NCBI GenBank assembly: GCA_977018835.1 | Contig: OZ361260.1 | Location: 806,001-870,000, forward strand | Origin: Minutocellus sp. GHC0000111 | Lineage: Eukaryota | Reading direction: 5' to 3' | DNA: 64,000 bases | Part shown: positions 57,501 to 64,000 of the stretch, one piece after another | Layout: each line of letters opens with the position of its first letter | Position numbering within the stretch: position 1 is the stretch's first letter | Made by a program: the position numbers and the translations under genes | The notes under the pieces: generated by a model | Databases searched by the model: none | Told to the model about the DNA's origin: nothing | The model's input: the letters and a program-made list of their open reading frames with translations, nothing else

Positions 57501-58323
57501 CCTGACCAAAGGATGCATCGGTATCCCACTGAACCGAGTAATGCGTGACGATCGTGTCTTCGTTTGGCTCGTCTGGCTCGAAGCTGTCACTATTATCAGT
57601 GTAACGACGAACAGGAGGCGCCCTCCACGAAACTCCCAGTTCGGTATCAGACACTGCATGGACCGATACGTGAGTTGGTGCCAGGGGAGTCTGCTGCGTT
57701 TCCCCCTCCTCGTTGACGTCATCACCGCCATCGTACCCAATAGCATCTGCATCTGCATCTGCGTCTTCCTTCCATGTCGTCACGGCAACCATGGCCGAGC
57801 TTCCCGACATAGTTCCGCCCGTCGCAGCCAGAGACGGCAGAGCGATGCCAGTATCCACCAACATTGACGGTGGCTTCAAAGACGACTCCAAAGGTAATGC
57901 CACGGTCCACTCCATCCCGGGCGAAGATAGAGGCGGGACGGTGCTATGGACCAACCGTCGGGCCGTCACGTCCACGGCGTCAATGGTGGCCATGCCCTCG
58001 AGTGCCGCCTTCATTTGGGCTGCCGTGGCATCGACCGAGATCAGGTCGGACGATTCGCCCATGTAGTGGACTGCGAACGAACCACTCAAGTCCTCTGCCG
58101 AGGCGGTAGCTGTAATGTACTGGACGTGTTGGGGGTAGTGGTGCATCGTAATACTCGTCGCATTGCCGTTGATGGCTGCCTCCAATCGACGCGTGCTGCT
58201 ACGTGTATTGCTACTCGCACTTGGCGTTACAGCACCAACATCAACAGCAGAAATGTCAACACCATGGATCCCACCGTAACATAATGCAGGACACAATAGC
58301 AACAGCAGCGCGCAGAGGATCAT
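48572..58323 (-). CDS. Giant FN3 cluster gene A (~3250 aa), frameshifting deletions near 57410, 56090 and 55400
   Basis: Signal peptide MILCALLLLLCPALCYG then an RRL motif. ORFs 57346-58323, 56003-57394, 55308-56030 and 48572-55588 continue the same FN3/EVQ repeats across frame changes. Confidence 0.75.
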
Positions 58324-58658
58324 CTCGCTTCAGCCTTTGCGTTGGCCGCTTCGGCTGGACCAACAAGTGCTGGCCTGGTGCTTGCGTTTCGAGTGTGCGC
58401 ATCATCGAAAACTCATCTTTTAAAAAAACATTCAGATCAGCAGCCGACGTACTGAAATAGTTTGTAATCGCCGTTCACCTCTTTCCTCGTTGCTTGCCCA
58501 TCACTTCATTGACTGAGATGCATGCCTTGAGCGCATGCGCATCGAGGAGACATCGATGCAGATGAGGGCAGATGCTTTCTTTCTGACACAGTGGCACGTC
58601 AAAAGATTTTTTTGGCGGGCCCGCCAACGAGAACCCGTACCATCACTGTCAAGCATTG

Positions 58659-60155
58659 ATGCCACAACCACCCCTGACCTCCATGAGGAATAACATCAGC
58701 AGCAACAACTATAATTACAACCGAAATCTGCTCTTCCTTCGCCCGTGCTTCCTTCTGTGCCTCTTCCTAACGGCCATATCCTTCGTCCTAAGCGAGATGG
58801 CACCTACCTTCCTTTCCAGATCCAACAACAAGCGCATCGCATCAGCCTTTGTCGCCCAGCACCATCAGACCGGCAAGACCGCACCTGCGCCTCCTCTATC
58901 GTCTCACACGAGCAGTAAGAGCGTGGTGAGCGACACCGCCAGTAATAACAACGACCTGCACCCAGCCGTATCCCTGGCACGCGACCTGATTCAAATCGAA
59001 TCTATAACTCCCAACGACAATGGGTGCCAACCGTTGATCGCGTCGCGTTTGAAGGCCATGGGATTCCACTGCGAGACGATGCAATTCCACGACGTTACCA
59101 ACCTGTGGGCCGTGCGGAATGCCGACATTGTCAACGACAAGGTGGGCACGACGGCCCGTCCACTTGTGGTGTTCGCAGGGCATTCGGACGTCGTGCCAAG
59201 TGGGCCCTCAGATGATTGGACGCATCCACCATTTTCGGGGACGATTGAAACTCACACCTCGCTCAACACAGACAATGAGGTGGTATCTACCGAAGAACGA
59301 TTGTATGGACGAGGTGCCGCCGATATGAAGGGTGGCATTGCGGCGTTTATCACGGCCGTGGAACGATTCGTAGAGGCCCATCCCGAACATAAGGGCAGCA
59401 TCGCTTTCACGAGCGACGAGGAAGGACCTGCCAAACACGGCACCAGAGAGGTGGTCGAGGAGTTAAAGCGAAGAGGTACCGAGATTGATATGTGCATCGT
59501 AGGCGAGCCATCTAGCCAATATATCCTTGGTGATGTCATCAAGGTTGGACGACGAGGTTCCCTATCGGGCGAGCTCATCATCAAGGGAATCCAAGGCCAT
59601 ATTGCCTATCCACGTTTGGCTCGAAATCCAATCCATGAATCGTTGGCAGCACTCAACGAAATGGTCCAGCGCAAGTGGGACGATGGCAACGACAACTTTC
59701 AGCCTACGTCTTTTCAGATCAGTAACATCTTTGGGGGTACTGGTGCAACGAATGTAATTCCAGGAAGCAAGACGGTGAAATTCAATTTCCGCTACAGTCC
59801 CGAGACGACGGATACTGCCCTCAAGGAGTGGGTGGAGGGCATATTGACGAATCATGAATTGGACTACGAGATGAAATGGGGCGATACAGCGTATCCATAT
59901 GAAACGACGAGAGACAATGCTTTGGTTCAGGCGGCACTGGCAAGTGTGACGGAGATCATGCCCGGCGTCGAGCCTCGGGTCTGCACGAGCGGTGGTACGA
60001 GTGATGGACGGTTCATTGCCCCGATGGGAGCGCAGGTTGTGGAGTTGGGACCGCTTTATGCCACCATTCACAAGATTGATGAGTGCTGTGCTACGGCAGA
60101 CTTGGAGAACCTATCGAGGATATATGAGGCATTGCTTGGGAGGTTGCTACTGTAG
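58659..60155 (+). CDS. dapE: Succinyl-diaminopimelate desuccinylase (M20A), bacterial-type, with N-terminal targeting leader
   Basis: FAGHSDVVP, GRGAADMKGG, TSDEEGPA, VGEPSS, GRRGSL, GIQGHIAYP, PTSFQISNI..GTGATNVIPG, TSGGTSDGRFIA, ELGP..ATIHKIDE; intronless; hydrophobic leader and IASAFVAQ. Confidence 0.9.
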   Translation: MPQPPLTSMRNNISSNNYNYNRNLLFLRPCFLLCLFLTAISFVLSEMAPTFLSRSNNKRIASAFVAQHHQTGKTAPAPPLSSHTSSKSVVSDTASNNNDLHPAVSLARDLIQIESITPNDNGCQPLIASRLKAMGFHCETMQFHDVTNLWAVRNADIVNDKVGTTARPLVVFAGHSDVVPSGPSDDWTHPPFSGTIETHTSLNTDNEVVSTEERLYGRGAADMKGGIAAFITAVERFVEAHPEHKGSIAFTSDEEGPAKHGTREVVEELKRRGTEIDMCIVGEPSSQYILGDVIKVGRRGSLSGELIIKGIQGHIAYPRLARNPIHESLAALNEMVQRKWDDGNDNFQPTSFQISNIFGGTGATNVIPGSKTVKFNFRYSPETTDTALKEWVEGILTNHELDYEMKWGDTAYPYETTRDNALVQAALASVTEIMPGVEPRVCTSGGTSDGRFIAPMGAQVVELGPLYATIHKIDECCATADLENLSRIYEALLGRLLL

Positions 60156-60855
60156 GAACTGTAAGGGTGTAGCGAGCTAATGAAAGAATAGAGGCAAATC
60201 ATAAAGCAATGGCATTTGTTACTACTGCTACAGTAGATGTTCGACTTCTACTCTACTTTCAATGATCGACCATACTTGCCGATTTATTCCTCGGATTCCT
60301 CGGGAGGTTGAAGACAAAATGTCAACTTTTCGCTCCCACCATCATGATCGTTCCATGGCATTTCCATACCGTAACTAGCATGGTAGGGTTCAACCATCGC
60401 ATGGGTGAGTTTGTGGAGGAATATTCCTCGATGCTCTATTGTAGAAGCTCAGTCTCCCATCGTCATGTGTGTCACATTCCTTGAACGAAGGATGCCTTTG
60501 GGGCACCATGCTTGGGAACTGCGACGATGGTGATCAGCAAGCTTTCCGTAACGGGAAGTGCTGCATCCCAAAACTCTGGATTTCGGTCTCTGATCTCATG
60601 ATTTCAGAGTGAGTAGGTTGTTGTTGTTTCTCCTATTTTCCCTACGTAGCTACGAGTAGGAGTTTCATGATGGCTGGCCACGCTGCCAGCAGCGAGAGGC
60701 CTCCATGCAGAAAACTGAAAAACGTGAGAATGACATCGCAGAAACTCTTCGAGGAGAGCTCACTCATCAATCGCCACAGCACGGCCAGCCAGGGAGGCAA
60801 CGAGGGCGCTCAGAGCGCCTCGCCTCGCCGCACCTGCGCTGCTCATACAGCGGGG

Positions 60856-63800
60856 ATGAGCACTACGAAACGCAAAAGAGGTGGAACTCCCAGGGCTGGT
60901 CCTGCGGCGGCGGCAGCAGCGTCTGCATTGCCAGCCGTCGCCTCGACATCGGCCGTGGCGGTACCGCCATCGCCCTCTGCCGCTTCTGTGGATTGGGCAC
61001 AGACCGCCACAGGGAGTTTCCACGCTCGTGCTCCTTCTGCCGACGCATCTGCATTTTGCTGGTACCGGTGGCAATATGGAATCCCCTTCTCCCTACAATC
61101 CTGCAAAGCAAGTCACACCATCGCCAAGGACAAGAGAAGAACGATCGGATACGGATAGCGAGGATAGTTCCAGCGACAGCACCAGCTCCGAGGATGATAA
61201 CTTCAAAGCTGACGCCAACACCGCCGGTGCAAGTGTCAATGTCAGCGTGGGGCGAAATCATGCCAATGACGATAAAATTTCCAACAACTGTGATCTTTCC
61301 ACTCACGTGATGGATCGGGCGGTAGATTTGTTCTCGTCGTCATCGTCCTCCAGCTCCTCGTCGGAGGATGACATGCTTGATAGCGACGACGGCGATTCGA
61401 TAACCAAAGAGGTTATGCAAATACTTGAAGAGGAAGTGCGAAGAGGCCAGGAATCGGAGGATGAGATGGGGCGAAATGTTCTGGAATCAGAGAACGAAGC
61501 AGGAGATGCTAATGACGATTCTTTCGCCGGCGCTGATGCCGGGGCTGGAAGAAATAGCAGTCCGACCTTTGAGGTGGAGCGGATATTGGCTAGGCGGTAC
61601 AATCGTCAGCGAAAGCGGATCGAATATCTATTGGCATGGAGGAGTGGCGCCAATGATCCTGCAGAGCATAGCTGGGAACCTCACGAACATTTGGACTACA
61701 GAGCCAAGGATCACGTGCAGGAGAGGTGGGGAGGTTGTCCACATATCAGAGCTTCGGATGGTATAGAAACCAACGATCCAGTCCTGGATGGACCTCGGGT
61801 GGCACAATATCGGCTGTGGGAAAAGCAGCAACTGTCCCTCCACCGGCGACGATGCAAGCCGCAGCTGAAGAAAAAAACTAGTGTGCCAAATCATGGTGTC
61901 GCTAGACGGAAAGCCCTTCCAACCCGCAACAATTTTGCAGCATCACAATTACCAATAGAGGCAGAAAATGCGAGTGCGCCTGATCGGCCGCTTGTCCCTA
62001 TACCTCGACCACTTGTGGCAGAAATTGAAACGATTGAGATCTTTTGGAAGGCAGGCATTCAACCTTTTATGTTACCGACAGATAAATGGGAGTTGGTAGA
62101 TGATTGGAGATTGATCACTGTGTATGAATGGAGGGGAGAAGTGGGATCAGACGGTGGTCTTTGCTGTGTTGGATGTCATCCGCATCGTCACTTTCCGGTG
62201 CGAACTGCGTGGAGAATAGTTTCGAGAGCGGGGCGAAGAGGGCGATCAAGAGTGAGTATTCGTATTTCATATGGCTGCATGCTTTGTTGTACCACCGCAT
62301 CAGCTCTCACCCAATTCTTTTTCAATGCTCCCCTTTTGCAGATCGACCGTCTCACTCTGGACTTTGGTGATGATGGAAGCACGAAACATACACGGAGAAA
62401 GGCCGGCACTAAATCCTCTTTGGTGACTCCGTCTCCATCAATTCCATCGCCGAGACCTGGAGGAGCAAAGCTTAAGCGCCCAAACATGAAGATGAACGTT
62501 TCTGGGGGAGGCGTCAAGCCCGGCCGTAGCTCAGGTTCTTCTCCTGTTCATGGCGCTTCTAGCGGTGTCCGGACAACCAAGGCCGCTGCTTCCTTTACTG
62601 CCAACTCCAAGTATGTTGGAAGACGAGTGTGCAAGTGCTTTGATGGCGTAATACATTTTGGCACAGTGAAGAAATATCTCTCTTCAGTCAATGCAAGGTG
62701 GGCAATTCATTATGACGACGATGATACAGAAGATATGAACAAGAGAGAGCTTGATAGGGCCATTGAGCTTTATGAGAGAAAGAAGAGTGAAGATGTGGGA
62801 AATGCATCGACGGCAAGAGAAGATGTTGACAATGGTTGGGACTTTGGCGAGGATGCTGAAATCGATGATGATCTTTCTCTACTAGTAGCGCCTCAGAAGC
62901 CCATCGGTCTGCCGCAAATAGCTTTGGAGGAAACAATTGAGTTTTTGTGGGAGAAGGGCGTATTTCCTTTTGCGTACAGCGAGAATAGGGCCGAAGTGGT
63001 GGATGACTGGAACGATTACCAGATCTTTCATTGGCACGAGGGCTCAGGGGGGGGCACTGCTATTGTTAGCTACAAATCGCATCCCAAAGTCAAGGTCCGA
63101 GTAAAATGGAGACCCATGAAGGGCCGGCGCCGAAGAAAGGTGAGTGATTGATTATTGTCTATCGGGTATTTATTTGGCGTCTTTATGTACTAGATATGTC
63201 TTGAAGAGTTAAACTTTTCTTGTTCTCTCAATGCAACAACATCTCTTTCCGACCACTGCTATAACATAGACCAATTTTCTGAAACCAGCAAAGGACGTGT
63301 CTTTGAAGAAAGCCTCTCGAGCGCAAGCGCACGCACGCCGTCATTCGCATGGCCGCGCCAAAAAGTCTGCGATCACCATGCTTGAGTTATTCAGTGGATC
63401 AGGTGTTTTGTCCGACTCTTTTCGAGAAAAAGGCGTAGAAAGCTTAACCTTGGACGATGACCCTGCGTGGGAACCAAATCACTGCATGTCAATCGCAGAG
63501 CTAAGAAAGCGGATCGAGGACGACACCGTACCTGAAGGGTTGAATCAACCAAAAGACATTGTTTTTGCGGCGCCGTGTTGGTGAGCTCACTATTATCTAT
63601 CTATGAATGCTTTCAATTTCGTCCGGCTTGCAAATTCTTGTAAACAAGGTTTTATTCGCGGGCTGGCCTCTTACAAGTATCTTTCCTTCGCCCTTTTTTC
63701 ATCAGCACAACCTTTTCAAGAGCGTCCAATGGTCGACACCGCAATGGAGAGAACCTTGGTGGGCACTCGCCAGAAGCGGAAGCGGCAAATGTAATGATCA

Positions 63801-64000
63801 ATGATTTTATTTTCGTTCTGAAATTCTAAAAAAGGCTCAATCCGAGATGTCTTATGGTAATTGAGAACCCCGCGAATTATCTTCAAGAGATGGAATATAA
63901 CGAAATATTTGAGAAAGAAGGCGATGATGAGTTTAGTCTCAAAAGGGTTACTGTCAGCTACTGTATGCTATCAGAAGAAAACAAACTGCCGCGAAAGGAC
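60856..64000 (+). CDS. Chromodomain + Tudor-like + C5 cytosine DNA methyltransferase-like protein (3' end outside window); introns 62252-62341, 63140-63269, 63581-63705
   Basis: Chromo FEVERILARR..IEYLLAW..HSWEP; Tudor-like YVGRRVCKCFDG..FGTV..WAIHYDDDDTEDM; MTase motif I LELFSGSG, IV FAAPC|CTTFS, VI IENP, VIII-like VSYC. Frameshift ~61055 (or start at ATG 61076) and in-frame TAA 63827-63829. Confidence 0.75.

Noticed and set aside
21201..58323. One 37-kb gene with large introns and nested genes
   Set aside because: Each segment has an in-frame Met plus a classical signal peptide, the obvious splice phases at C/D do not fit, and local introns are short. Disfavoured but not excluded without cDNA.
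58659..60155. Bacterial contamination as the source of dapE
   Set aside because: It has a eukaryote-style leader, similar composition to its neighbours, and is contiguous with eukaryotic genes, including an intron-containing one downstream.
60881..61075. ORF-track N-terminus MELPGLVLRRRQQ of the chromodomain protein
   Set aside because: GTG start with off-frame-looking sequence. The neighbouring frame (MSTTKRKRGG, ATG 60856) plus a frameshift, or ATG 61076, is more plausible.

Overview
Eukaryotic nuclear DNA, most likely from a diatom. This rests on GT-AG introns, bipartite 'SAF' plastid leaders, RXL motifs, a silaffin-like peptide and several diatom-type domains. About 28 kb of the minus strand encodes four collinear, separately signal-peptide-bearing giant FN3/'EVQ-repeat' proteins (A 58323-48572, B 48205-44204, C 36594-25367, D 24635-21201; together about 9,400 aa). 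Each gene stops part-way through an FN3 module and the next gene, after its own signal peptide, starts with the missing part. This suggests a fissioned titin-like gene whose products may re-join outside the cell by split-domain complementation, and it is the top candidate for a new system. Other content: an NmrA-like oxidoreductase, GGTase-I beta, PHGDH, a small silaffin-like gene missed by the ORF track, a fascin-like protein, an RXL type-I membrane protein, an RNase H1-HBD + HA-repeat gene abutting a GST remnant, a MATE transporter, a SulP transporter, a bacterial-type DapE with a targeting leader, and a chromo/Tudor-like/C5-DNA-methyltransferase fusion running off the window end. Frameshifts, short deletions and in-frame stops occur in several unrelated genes, so assembly error or a decaying haplotype must be excluded before calling pseudogenes. 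All family assignments are from motif recognition by eye, with no database searches.
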